A stretch of 27,237 bases of DNA, from the IMG/VR virus record IMGVR_UViG_3300007778_000327, positions 1 through 27,237 of that record; one strand, 5' to 3'. Both the position numbers and the translations under genes were made by a program. Source of the DNA: a virus (lineage: Duplodnaviria; Caudoviricetes). The first letter of the stretch is position 1. Every line of letters begins with the position of its first letter. This document shows positions 1 to 8,302 of this stretch, in pieces. The notes under the pieces are model-generated. The model was given only the letters and a program-made list of their open reading frames with translations, did not search any database and had not been told where the DNA came from.

Positions 1-8
1 AAAAACGC

Positions 9-37
9 TTTACTTTCCCATTTAGATAGGGTACAAT
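9..37 (+). promoter_or_regulatory. Early/middle sigma70-like phage promoter for gp44
   Basis: TTTACT-N17-TACAAT; the same motif recurs about 12 times in the window. Confidence 0.75.
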
Positions 38-71
38 ACCCTTTCTAATCTACTATATTATGAGGTGCCAA

Positions 72-1010
72 ATGGCTGATGAATTTCTCTTCGTTGAACG
101 CTACCGTCCAAAAACTATCGACGAGTGTATCCTTCCTAACTCCCTGAAGCAAACGTTTAAGTCTATCGTGAATGGCGGTGAACTGCCTAACATGATGTTC
201 GCTGGTTCGGCTGGTGTTGGTAAGACTACTGTAGCAAAAGCGTTATGTAATGAGCTTGACCTAGATTACATCTTGATCAACGCTTCTGAAGACGGCAACA
301 TTGATACCCTGCGTACCAAAATCCGTCAGTTCGCTTCCTCCGTTTCTCTGTCTGGCGGGTACAAAGTTGTTATCCTCGATGAGGCTGACTACCTTAATGC
401 TCAGTCAACGCAGCCTGCTCTCCGTGGGTTTATCGAGGAGTTCTCTAATAACTGCCGATTCATTCTAACCTGTAACTTCAAGAACAAGATTATTGAACCG
501 CTCCACTCTCGTTGTTCGGTTTATGAGTTTGCTATTCCTAAGGATCAGAAACCTAAGATTGCGGCTCAGTTCTTTAAGCGCCTCCAGGAAATCCTCAATA
601 TCGAAAACATTGAGTTTGACCAGAAGGCACTGGCTGTACTGGTTGAGAAGCATTTTCCTGATTGGCGTCGAGTGTTGAATGAAGTTCAGCGTCACTCTAT
701 TACGGGCAAAATCGATGCTGGCTCTATTGTTGACCTGTCTGATGACAACTTCAATGTACTGACCAATTCGCTGAAGGACAAAGACTTTAAGGTGATGCGC
801 AAGTGGGTTGCTGACAATATTGACATTGAACCACAGGCTATCTTCCGTAAGATTTATGACACGATGTACGATAAGATTGAACCGCAATCTATCCCTCAAA
901 CCGTTGTAACCCTTGCCGAGTACCAGTACAAAAACGCATTCGTTGCTGACCATGAATTGAATGTTGTTGCTTGTATGACTGAACTTATGTCTGATGTAAG
1001 GTGGAAGTGA
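72..1010 (+). CDS. 44: Sliding clamp loader large subunit, AAA+ (T4 gp44)
   Basis: ERYRP, Walker A GSAGVGKTT, Walker B ILDEAD, SRC motif; ATG at 72 follows GAGG. Confidence 0.96.
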   Translation: MADEFLFVERYRPKTIDECILPNSLKQTFKSIVNGGELPNMMFAGSAGVGKTTVAKALCNELDLDYILINASEDGNIDTLRTKIRQFASSVSLSGGYKVVILDEADYLNAQSTQPALRGFIEEFSNNCRFILTCNFKNKIIEPLHSRCSVYEFAIPKDQKPKIAAQFFKRLQEILNIENIEFDQKALAVLVEKHFPDWRRVLNEVQRHSITGKIDAGSIVDLSDDNFNVLTNSLKDKDFKVMRKWVADNIDIEPQAIFRKIYDTMYDKIEPQSIPQTVVTLAEYQYKNAFVADHELNVVACMTELMSDVRWK

Positions 1011-1615
1011 TGGACTTAATATATGATTATGAGACCCTCTCAGCTAAAGTTGAGTCGGTTCCGGTGGTTACGCTGGCGACACTAAAGTTCGACAGGGAAA
1101 GGTTCAAAACCAATCCGTATACTTTCCCTGAGCTAGTAGAGTCATGTGTTCTGTACAAGTTTAATGTTGCTGAACAAATTGAGCGATACAAAAGGGTTAT
1201 TGATAAAGAAACGTTAGACTGGTGGCAGAACGTCCCTAAGGAAGTCCGCGATGCTCAGTTAAAACCTAGCCAGGATGACTTATCGGTTTCTAATATACCT
1301 TCGATTTTTAATTCGTTAGTAGATAAGAAAACAACTATATGGACTCGAGGAAATACTTTCGATCCTGTTATCACTGATATTTACTTTCGTCAATTAGAAG
1401 AGTATAATTACCCTTACAGCTGGTGGAATATTCGGGACACCCGTTCGTTTATAGACGGGCTGACATACGGTTCTGATATTTCAAATAGCTTTATACCCGA
1501 TGACCTGAAAGAAAAGTTTGATGCGCATGACCCTCGTCACGATATCTCTATGGACGTTATGCGTATGCAATACATTATTCGGTTGTTGTATTCTGATGAA
1601 CCACCTTGGGATTGA
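1010..1615 (+). CDS. dexA: DexA-like DEDDh 3'-5' exonuclease
   Basis: DYETL, WTRGNTFD, IRDTRS and HDPRHD motifs; TGATG overlap with the gp44 stop (alternative GTG start at 1001). Confidence 0.8.
   Translation: MDLIYDYETLSAKVESVPVVTLATLKFDRERFKTNPYTFPELVESCVLYKFNVAEQIERYKRVIDKETLDWWQNVPKEVRDAQLKPSQDDLSVSNIPSIFNSLVDKKTTIWTRGNTFDPVITDIYFRQLEEYNYPYSWWNIRDTRSFIDGLTYGSDISNSFIPDDLKEKFDAHDPRHDISMDVMRMQYIIRLLYSDEPPWD
1380..1408 (+). promoter_or_regulatory. Internal promoter within dexA, serving gp62/regA
   Basis: TTTACT-N17-TATAAT. Confidence 0.6.
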
Positions 1616-1617
1616 TT

Positions 1618-2001
1618 ATGGCATATTCACCTTTTGATTTTTTGAACGCAATAAACTACAGCAAAGAACAACTTATTGTTGATGCTGAAACCGAGAAACA
1701 GTACGTCCCCTTCAAGGTTAATATGGGGTTGTCGTACTTTGATGACACTGTTAGGCTCGCTAATGTTATGAACATGCACCACAAAATAGATAAGAAACTT
1801 CAGAACGATTTTCTTATAAATATTATTAGGAAACGGAAGAGATTCTCTAAATGGTTTAAACCTGAGAAGTCTTCCGACCTTGAAGTGGTCAAAGAATATT
1901 ATGGATATAGCACCGAAAAAGCTCGTCACGCTTTGACCTTACTAACTAATGAACAAATTGAAGAGTTAAAGAGAAGGACGTATAAGGGTGGAAGAAAATA
2001 A
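1618..2001 (+). CDS. 62: Clamp loader small subunit (T4 gp62)
   Basis: SPFDFLNAIN, RKRKRFSKW, VKEYYGYS; synteny with gp44 and regA. Confidence 0.92.
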   Translation: MAYSPFDFLNAINYSKEQLIVDAETEKQYVPFKVNMGLSYFDDTVRLANVMNMHHKIDKKLQNDFLINIIRKRKRFSKWFKPEKSSDLEVVKEYYGYSTEKARHALTLLTNEQIEELKRRTYKGGRK

Positions 2002-2401
2002 AACAATAGAATGGTCTCCAGCCATGTTACTTGAAGTAACACTAAATGAGCCGGATGACTTCCTTAAGGTTCGCGAAACCTTAACCCGAATTGGCGTAGC
2101 ATCCCGCAAAGACAATAAACTATATCAGTCATGCCATATCCTACATAAGCAGGGCAGGTACTTTATTGTTCATTTTAAGGAACTATTCTTGCTAGACGGA
2201 AAGCCGAGCAACTTACTAGAGAATGATGTTCAGCGAAGAAACACTATAGCTACGCTTTTGAGTGATTGGGGTCTTATTGATGTGGTAGATAAAGAGCAGT
2301 CTAAAAATGTTGCTCCGCTTCGCCAGATTAAAGTGATCTCATTCAAAGATAAACATAACTGGGAACTATGCCCAAAATATAATATTGGAATTGCGAAATG
2401 A
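1988..2401 (+). CDS. regA: Translational repressor RegA
   Basis: DDFLKVRETLTRIG, LYQSCHILHKQGRYFIVHFKELF, WELCPKY. Confidence 0.96.
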   Translation: MEENKTIEWSPAMLLEVTLNEPDDFLKVRETLTRIGVASRKDNKLYQSCHILHKQGRYFIVHFKELFLLDGKPSNLLENDVQRRNTIATLLSDWGLIDVVDKEQSKNVAPLRQIKVISFKDKHNWELCPKYNIGIAK

Positions 2402-2652
2402 AACCTACATATGATAATTTGTTTATCGCGGAAATGAAAAAGGATACCACTACAGCAAGCGGTATCGTACTGTCTCGAGATATTGAGACAGGTAATAAAC
2501 CAGCAGTTGTACTGGCTGCTGGTCCGGACGCTAAAGGCGTCAAAGCTGGTATGAAGTGTTACGTCAAATGGTCTGACGCTGTACCAGTGACTCACGAAGG
2601 ACAAATTGGAGCATTTATTTCAGAAAAAAGTGTTCTAGCATACTTCGATTGA
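2398..2652 (+). CDS. GroES/Cpn10-like co-chaperonin
   Basis: MKPTYDNLF, mobile-loop-like TTASGIVL, VLAAGPD, ISEKSVLA. Confidence 0.8.
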   Translation: MKPTYDNLFIAEMKKDTTTASGIVLSRDIETGNKPAVVLAAGPDAKGVKAGMKCYVKWSDAVPVTHEGQIGAFISEKSVLAYFD

Positions 2653-2653
2653 G

Positions 2654-2661
2654 TATAAATA
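2654..2661 (+). promoter_or_regulatory. T4-type late promoter upstream of hsp20
   Basis: Exact TATAAATA in the intergenic region. Confidence 0.7.
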
Positions 2662-2663
2662 AA

Positions 2664-2734
2664 GGTGAGTGCGGAATAGTCCGGCTCACCATTTAAAATT
2701 AAATTCTTGCTTAATAAAAGGAGAATGTCTTATG
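2664..2734 (+). promoter_or_regulatory. ROSE-like RNA thermometer in the hsp20 5'UTR
   Basis: 5' hairpin at 2664-2690; TTCTTGCTT (2704-2712) pairs with the SD region AAGGAGAA (2718-2725) leaving a bulged G. Confidence 0.7.
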
Positions 2735-3184
2735 ACAATCAATCACCCATCATTCGTTGGCTTCGAAACTCTGTTTGACAAAATTGACCGTATGGCTCAT
2801 CAGCAGAATCCAGGCTACCCTCCACACAATATCCTAAAGTTTGACGACAATGACGAAGACTTCGTTCTTGAGCTCGCGCTTGCTGGCTACCGTCAAGAGG
2901 ATATTGAAATCGTTCTCGAGAAAGATACCCTAACCGTTCAAACAACTAAGGACTACGGTTCAAATGTTGACGGTGTGGTATTCCTACACAAAGGCGTATC
3001 GACTAAGAAGTTCCGCAAAACGTTTACAATTGCTGATAACATCGAAGTTATCGGTGCCAGCATGACAAACGGTATGCTTCAAATTGAACTTCATAAGTTT
3101 GTACCGGAAGAGGACAAGCCTCGATACATTAGTATAAGTAATGATGTAGATAAGAAAACAGAATCAATATATCTCACTGAATAG
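2732..3184 (+). CDS. Small heat shock protein (Hsp20, IbpA-like)
   Basis: GYPPHNI, LELALAGY, LHKGVS, NGMLQIEL, PEEDKPRYI; ATG at 2732 follows AAGGAG. Confidence 0.95.
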   Translation: MTINHPSFVGFETLFDKIDRMAHQQNPGYPPHNILKFDDNDEDFVLELALAGYRQEDIEIVLEKDTLTVQTTKDYGSNVDGVVFLHKGVSTKKFRKTFTIADNIEVIGASMTNGMLQIELHKFVPEEDKPRYISISNDVDKKTESIYLTE

Positions 3185-3195
3185 TTATACTAAAG

Positions 3196-3203
3196 TATAA
3201 ATA
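3196..3203 (+). promoter_or_regulatory. T4-type late promoter
   Basis: Exact intergenic TATAAATA. Confidence 0.7.
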
Positions 3204-3218
3204 ATTTTATCGTAACGA

Positions 3219-3238
3219 ACACAACACACAAGGAAACT
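3219..3238 (+). repeat. CA-rich leader plus SD, copy 1
   Basis: ACACAACACACAAGGAAACT, near-identical to 3592-3613. Confidence 0.7.
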
Positions 3239-3242
3239 CAAA

Positions 3243-3434
3243 ATGTTCGGTAAAATTAAACGCAGTGTTAAACACACTATCAAACGGGCTGCTATTGCGG
3301 CAGTCCGTTCTAGAAAAGAAGAAGCCTACTTTAAACTAGCGCATTACATGGCTCATGAATATCCTTCTGATTGGTCTCTGCACCAGATTGTAGCAGACAT
3401 CAAAGTCAAACAGAAAGAAGGGGCACTGAAATGA
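3243..3434 (+). CDS. Small basic hypothetical protein
   Basis: 63 aa ORF with AAGGA SD downstream of a late promoter. Confidence 0.75.
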   Translation: MFGKIKRSVKHTIKRAAIAAVRSRKEEAYFKLAHYMAHEYPSDWSLHQIVADIKVKQKEGALK

Positions 3435-3583
3435 ACTGGTTGAAAGCTGTTCTTAAAGAATTGAGCAAAGATTCATACGAGCGCTATCGCGACCGTGTTG
3501 AAGAATATCTTGCTTCCTCGTCATCTATGGTTGAACTGGAAAACAGAATACGTCAGATTGAACGCGGCGAAGTAAAACTTTAA
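3431..3583 (+). CDS. Small protein resembling DUF3563
   Basis: EEYLASSSSMVELENRIRQIERG; ATGA overlap with the upstream stop. Confidence 0.7.
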   Translation: MNWLKAVLKELSKDSYERYRDRVEEYLASSSSMVELENRIRQIERGEVKL

Positions 3584-3591
3584 TATATAAT

Positions 3592-3613
3592 ACACAACAC
3601 ACACAAGGAGACT
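3592..3613 (+). repeat. CA-rich leader plus SD, copy 2
   Basis: ACACAACACACACAAGGAGACT. Confidence 0.7.
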
Positions 3614-3616
3614 AAT

Positions 3617-3823
3617 ATGTCAACTAAAAACCCGTTTGAAATTCGTACAGAAATCCTAGCAATGGCTAAGGATTACATGGACAAACAGTATGCCCTCAAC
3701 CTTGAGGTGGCGCAGAAGATGAGCGAAGCAGTCGGCTCTACTGCTATGCCAACAATGTATACTGTTGAAGACCTCATGGAAAAGGCTAAAGAGTTCTATT
3801 CTTTCGTTTCTAAGAAAGACTAA
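3617..3823 (+). CDS. Phage hypothetical protein
   Basis: 68 aa, strong AAGGAG SD, NPFEIR...KAKEFYSFVS. Confidence 0.85.
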   Translation: MSTKNPFEIRTEILAMAKDYMDKQYALNLEVAQKMSEAVGSTAMPTMYTVEDLMEKAKEFYSFVSKKD

Positions 3824-3840
3824 TAAACCCTTAAACCCAC

Positions 3841-3861
3841 ACCCCGCCAAGCGGGGTTTTT
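3841..3861 (+). terminator. Rho-independent terminator
   Basis: ACCCCGC-CAA-GCGGGGT followed by a T tract. Confidence 0.85.
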
Positions 3862-3868
3862 ATTATAG

Positions 3869-4387
3869 GTGAATAATATGCTACTACCTGATGTGACTTT
3901 TTATATGCGTGAACGTGATGAATCCATTGGCGGTGAAAACCCGTTCAAGTGGGTTTACAAAACAACCAAAGACCTATTTGCTAATAAGAAAGTAGTAATC
4001 TTTGGACTCCCTGGAGCATTTACCCCTACCTGTTCCAACTCACAGCTTCCTGGCTATGAAGAAATGTACGATGAATTTACAGCAAAGGGTGTAGATGAAA
4101 TCTGGTGTACCTCAGTAAACGATGCGTTTGTTATGTACCAGTGGGGAAAGGCTCAAGGGCTAGATAACGTTAAGCTGCTACCAGATGGCAATGGTGACTT
4201 TGCTGATGGGCTGGGTATGCTTGTGGATAAAACTAATCTTGGGTTCGGTAAGCGCAGCTGGCGTTACGCTATGCTCGTAGAAGATCTAGAAATTAAAAAC
4301 ATTTGGCAAGAAGCCGATATTATGGATAACTGTCCAATCGACCCATATGACGTATCTTCGCCTGAATATGTAATTGAACGACTATAA
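3869..4387 (+). CDS. Peroxiredoxin (Prx5/redoxin family)
   Basis: LPGAFTPTCS, SVNDAFVM, PDGNGDF, GFGKRSWRYAM. Confidence 0.95.
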   Translation: MNNMLLPDVTFYMRERDESIGGENPFKWVYKTTKDLFANKKVVIFGLPGAFTPTCSNSQLPGYEEMYDEFTAKGVDEIWCTSVNDAFVMYQWGKAQGLDNVKLLPDGNGDFADGLGMLVDKTNLGFGKRSWRYAMLVEDLEIKNIWQEADIMDNCPIDPYDVSSPEYVIERL

Positions 4388-4396
4388 GGAATTATT

Positions 4397-4678
4397 ATGA
4401 CAACTAAAGTAATCCGCTTGACCACTGGTGAAGAAATCATCGCGAAAGTTAATGCTGTTGAGGGTGTTAATCTAAACATTGAATCCCCGCTAATTCTCCT
4501 CCCCACCGAGGACGGAAAGCTGACCTTTGCGACTTGGATCCCGTACATGCGCGATAAGACGCTTGACATTAACTTGAATACTGTTATGTTTATGTTCGAG
4601 CCAGTCACTGAGATGGCTGACCACTACCGTGAAGCCACTACTGGTATCAAGGTTCCGGACAAGAAAATAATTGTATAA
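4397..4678 (+). CDS. Hypothetical protein of the type found upstream of gp43 in T4-like phages
   Basis: IRLTTGEEIIA, beta-rich; AAGGA SD. Confidence 0.8.
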   Translation: MTTKVIRLTTGEEIIAKVNAVEGVNLNIESPLILLPTEDGKLTFATWIPYMRDKTLDINLNTVMFMFEPVTEMADHYREATTGIKVPDKKIIV

Positions 4679-4683
4679 AGTGC

Positions 4684-4712
4684 TTTACTTTTGAACTCAA
4701 TGGGCGTATACT
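4684..4712 (+). promoter_or_regulatory. Promoter for gp43
   Basis: TTTACT-N17-TATACT. Confidence 0.7.
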
Positions 4713-4732
4713 TATCGGTATATGCCCTTTTT
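4702..4732 (+). terminator. Terminator-like hairpin overlapping the gp43 promoter -10 box
   Basis: GGGCGTATAC-TTATCG-GTATATGCCC followed by TTTTT. Confidence 0.65.
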
Positions 4733-4750
4733 CATTATGGAGATAAAACA

Positions 4751-7285
4751 TTGTCTGAATTTTACACATCAGTTGAACGCTTTGGTAATTCCCTTCTCTA
4801 CCGAGGATACAAGAACGGTCAGCGTGTACAGGATAAGATTAAGTTCAAGCCGACCCTATTTGTCCCAGACGCGAAGTCTAGTACTTTCGCCCTAGATGGT
4901 TGCCCCGTATCTCACGTGAACTTTGACTCTATGCGAGACGCAAAAGAGTTCATGGAGCAGTACCGTGATATGCCTAACTTTAAAGTCTATGGCAATACAA
5001 ATTACGTTGTACAGTATATCCAAGAGAAATTCCCAGGCAAGAACATTGCGTTCTCTCGTGAAGATATTGACGTTGCCTCAATCGACATCGAGGTCTACTC
5101 AGCAGATGGGTTTCCGGAACCAGATGAAGCTGCTTATCCTGTAACCGCAATTTGTATGAAATCTTCTAAGGATGACACATATATCGTTTGGGGTACTAAG
5201 GACTATGACTACAGCAAACGTCACGAAGACCTGAAAGACGTGAAGATTGAATACCGCCAGTGTAAAGACGAAGCAACCCTACTTATGCAGTTCGTGTCGC
5301 ATTGGTCATCCCCGCTACATTGTCCAGATGTAGTGACTGGTTGGAACACCCGTTTCTTTGATATTCCGTACCTTGTGAACCGTATAGGCAAAGTCCTCGG
5401 TTCAGACATGGTGAAGAAACTAAGTCCATGGGGGTTAGTCAACGAGCGTAATTCTAAGATCAACGGTCGCGATGTACAGCGATACGAGCTCTCTGGTATC
5501 GCCGAGCTAGACTTCCTAGAACTGTTCAAGAAGTTCACATACTCAGCCCAGGAAAGCTACAAGCTTGACCACATTGCTCACGTAATCCTGGGCGAAAAGA
5601 AACTGAGTTATGAAGAGTTCGGTAACTTGTTCAACCTATACGTCGAAGACCATCAGCTGTTCATTGACTACAACGTCAAGGACGTGCTCCTTGTTCAGCG
5701 ACTTGAAGATAAGATGGGCTTGATTACCCTAGCTATGACACTGGCTTATCGCGGTGGCGTGAACTACTCCGAAACGCTCGGGACTACTGGTATTTGGGAC
5801 TCTATCATATACCGAGACCTTCACGACAAAGGCGTTGTCCTTCAGCCCAACGAAGAGAAGTTCAAGACTGAATTTGCGGGTGGTTACGTTAAAGCACCAA
5901 AGGTTGGTCTACATAACTGGGTCGTTTCTTTTGACTTGAACTCTCTGTACCCCCACCTTATCATGCAGGGCAATATGTCTCCCGAGACTATTCATGATGG
6001 TACGATGGGGTCGATCAGCGTAGAAAGCTGCCTCGACAAAGTTGAGATGAACCCAGGAGAGTATGCCGTTGCCCCTAATGGTGCGATGTTCCGGAAGGAT
6101 CAGCGTGGCGTTATCCCTACAATAATCGAAGAGATGTACGCTGAACGTAAAATGGCTAAGAAGGAAATGCTTCGCGCTGAGCAAGAATTGGTTGACCTTA
6201 AACAAACGAGCGGATATACGAAGGATGACGTGTACCAACTCGAGAAAAAGATATCGACTCTGAATAATAAACAGATGGCTATTAAGATCTTGATGAACTC
6301 ACTTTATGGCGCATTGGGCAACCGTTACTTCCGTCACTTTGACCTGCGTATGGCGGAGGCGATTACGTTGTACGGTCAGCTGGCTATCAAGTGGGCTGAA
6401 AAGGCATTTAATGGCTTCATGAATAAAGTCGTGGGGACTAAGAATTATGATTATGTCATCGCTATTGATACTGATTCTAACTACGTTGACTTTGGTCCTC
6501 TGGTTGAGAAGCTTGGTTACAAAGACAAACCAGTCAAAGAAACAGTCGCGCTGATCGATAAGATTTGTAAAGATCAGTTTGAACCAATGATTGCGAAGGC
6601 ATACAAAGAGCTCGCCGAGTACATGAACGCTTATGAAGATAAGATGGTTATGGAACGTGAGGTAATTGCCGACCGTGGTGTATGGGTAGCCAAGAAACGT
6701 TATATCCTGAACGTTCATAACTCTGAAGGCGTCGAGTACAAAGAACCTAAACTTAAGATGATGGGTATTGAGGCGGTCAAGTCTTCGACCCCAGGGATTT
6801 GTCGCGATGCTATGAAGGAACTATTCAAAGTCATCATGACAGGCTCCGAGAGCAATACTCAGAAGGCGATTGCTCAGTTTAAGGGTTACTTTACGAATCA
6901 GCCGCCAGAGTCTGTAAGCTTCCCTCGAGGCGTCTCTGACGTTATTAAGTGGCGCGATCGTAGTAATATCTACAAGAAGGGCACTCCGATCCACGTTCGC
7001 GGTGCTTTGATGTATAACCATACGCTTGAGCAAAAAGGGTTGAAGGTTTATCCAAAAATACAGAATGGCGATAAGGTCAAGTTCTGTTACTTGAAGAAAC
7101 CAAACCCGATAGGCGAGAACGTTATCTCTTATCCTGATTACTTGCCCGAAGAGCTTCAGCTTCACAAGTATGTGGACTATGAGACGATGTTTAACAAAAC
7201 GTTCCTCGATGCGATTACTCCGATTCTAGATGCGATTGGCTGGTCTGCTGAAGAGCGTGTAAGTATTGAGGATTTCTTTGGATGA
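4751..7285 (+). CDS. 43: Family B DNA polymerase (T4 gp43)
   Basis: Exo I DIE, FDLNSLYP, KILMNSLYG, IDTDS, KKRY; C-terminal clamp-binding tail SIEDFFG; TTG start at 4751 follows GGAG. Confidence 0.97.
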   Translation: MSEFYTSVERFGNSLLYRGYKNGQRVQDKIKFKPTLFVPDAKSSTFALDGCPVSHVNFDSMRDAKEFMEQYRDMPNFKVYGNTNYVVQYIQEKFPGKNIAFSREDIDVASIDIEVYSADGFPEPDEAAYPVTAICMKSSKDDTYIVWGTKDYDYSKRHEDLKDVKIEYRQCKDEATLLMQFVSHWSSPLHCPDVVTGWNTRFFDIPYLVNRIGKVLGSDMVKKLSPWGLVNERNSKINGRDVQRYELSGIAELDFLELFKKFTYSAQESYKLDHIAHVILGEKKLSYEEFGNLFNLYVEDHQLFIDYNVKDVLLVQRLEDKMGLITLAMTLAYRGGVNYSETLGTTGIWDSIIYRDLHDKGVVLQPNEEKFKTEFAGGYVKAPKVGLHNWVVSFDLNSLYPHLIMQGNMSPETIHDGTMGSISVESCLDKVEMNPGEYAVAPNGAMFRKDQRGVIPTIIEEMYAERKMAKKEMLRAEQELVDLKQTSGYTKDDVYQLEKKISTLNNKQMAIKILMNSLYGALGNRYFRHFDLRMAEAITLYGQLAIKWAEKAFNGFMNKVVGTKNYDYVIAIDTDSNYVDFGPLVEKLGYKDKPVKETVALIDKICKDQFEPMIAKAYKELAEYMNAYEDKMVMEREVIADRGVWVAKKRYILNVHNSEGVEYKEPKLKMMGIEAVKSSTPGICRDAMKELFKVIMTGSESNTQKAIAQFKGYFTNQPPESVSFPRGVSDVIKWRDRSNIYKKGTPIHVRGALMYNHTLEQKGLKVYPKIQNGDKVKFCYLKKPNPIGENVISYPDYLPEELQLHKYVDYETMFNKTFLDAITPILDAIGWSAEERVSIEDFFG

Positions 7286-7527
7286 ACGTAGAAGATGAAT
7301 TAATGATTATAACCATGGAGGAGTGCGCCGAGCTACAAATGGCGCTCTCCAAACGTATGCGCTTTGGCGGTAATATGGATAACATCAAACAGGAGCTAGG
7401 TGACGTTGCTGCTATGTTGGGATTGTTCCTTGAGTGTGGGTTGATCACGGACGAAGAGCTACAGGCAAATGCTCATAAGAAATTGCTGAAACTCCGGAAG
7501 TGGTCAAACTTGCCTATCCCTAAATAG
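7282..7527 (+). CDS. MazG-like NTP pyrophosphohydrolase
   Basis: MEECAEL...QELGDV all-alpha motif. Confidence 0.75.
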   Translation: MNVEDELMIITMEECAELQMALSKRMRFGGNMDNIKQELGDVAAMLGLFLECGLITDEELQANAHKKLLKLRKWSNLPIPK

Positions 7528-7555
7528 GGAATGTACCGTATCTGAATTAAGGGCA

Positions 7556-7792
7556 TTGAAAATGTACATAGTTGAGAGTCGATTCACTCACATAGAAACA
7601 AAAGAATCCACCGAAATCCACAAAGAAAATGATGTATACCAATACTCATACGATTCCCCTCCCATCCAAGAATGTAAACTAAGGTTAGATAACGAAGTCA
7701 TAGAAGTTGATGAGATTATCTCTGTCACCGAAGATGTCGTCGAGTTCTATGACCCTAACCATATTAGGTACAAATGGTATAAAAGAGAATAG
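7556..7792 (+). CDS. Hypothetical protein
   Basis: ORF fills the intergenic space; start uncertain (7556 or 7562). Confidence 0.6.
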   Translation: MKMYIVESRFTHIETKESTEIHKENDVYQYSYDSPPIQECKLRLDNEVIEVDEIISVTEDVVEFYDPNHIRYKWYKRE

Positions 7793-7821
7793 ACATATTC
7801 TAAATTGATATAACAAAAAGC

Positions 7822-7850
7822 TTTACTTTTTATCGATCAATTGCTATAAT
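7822..7850 (+). promoter_or_regulatory. Early promoter
   Basis: TTTACT-N17-TATAAT with an AT-rich upstream element. Confidence 0.8.
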
Positions 7851-7880
7851 ACATGTATAAATTGATTGAGGAACTTTGTT

Positions 7881-8288
7881 ATGACTATGAAAATTACTAC
7901 CCCAGCAATGTCCCACGCTCGTATTGCTGAGATGGAGGATATCTGCTTCTCTGACTTCCACAAAGATGTCTACGGATACCGTCCTCGTGGTGTTGAGTGG
8001 GATTCTTGGGTGAACATGAGCGAGTGGGGTTTCAACAATGCGCTTGATAGAATGATGGATAAGATGCAAGCCGACATTGCCCTTGAAGAACAGCGCGAAG
8101 CTGAAGCTCTTGAATCGTTCAAGGCTGACCTCCAGAATCTGATGGCATCAGGTGTGGGTGATTGGAAAGCAGCACTTCGTTGTATGATGAAAGAAACTGA
8201 AGAAGACAACGTCGAATACTTCCTCTGGAGTTTGGGTATCGGTTATGCCAAACGCGAAGAAATCGTGAACAAATTTTTTAATCTTTGA
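7881..8288 (+). CDS. Early hypothetical phage protein
   Basis: FSDFHKDVYGYRPR motif; GAGGA SD. Confidence 0.85.
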   Translation: MTMKITTPAMSHARIAEMEDICFSDFHKDVYGYRPRGVEWDSWVNMSEWGFNNALDRMMDKMQADIALEEQREAEALESFKADLQNLMASGVGDWKAALRCMMKETEEDNVEYFLWSLGIGYAKREEIVNKFFNL

Positions 8289-8302
8289 GAAGGTATAATA
8301 TT

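Noticed and set aside
2669-2731. N-terminal extension of Hsp20 from GTG 2669
   Set aside because: The region forms the structured 5'UTR, and the SD points to ATG 2732.
3219-3613. CA-rich repeats as a CRISPR mini-array
   Set aside because: Only two low-complexity copies about 370 nt apart, each fused to an SD, with coding sequence between them.
4691-7285. Intein, intron or split in gp43
   Set aside because: The ORF is continuous and of normal length, with motifs in order and no intein signatures.
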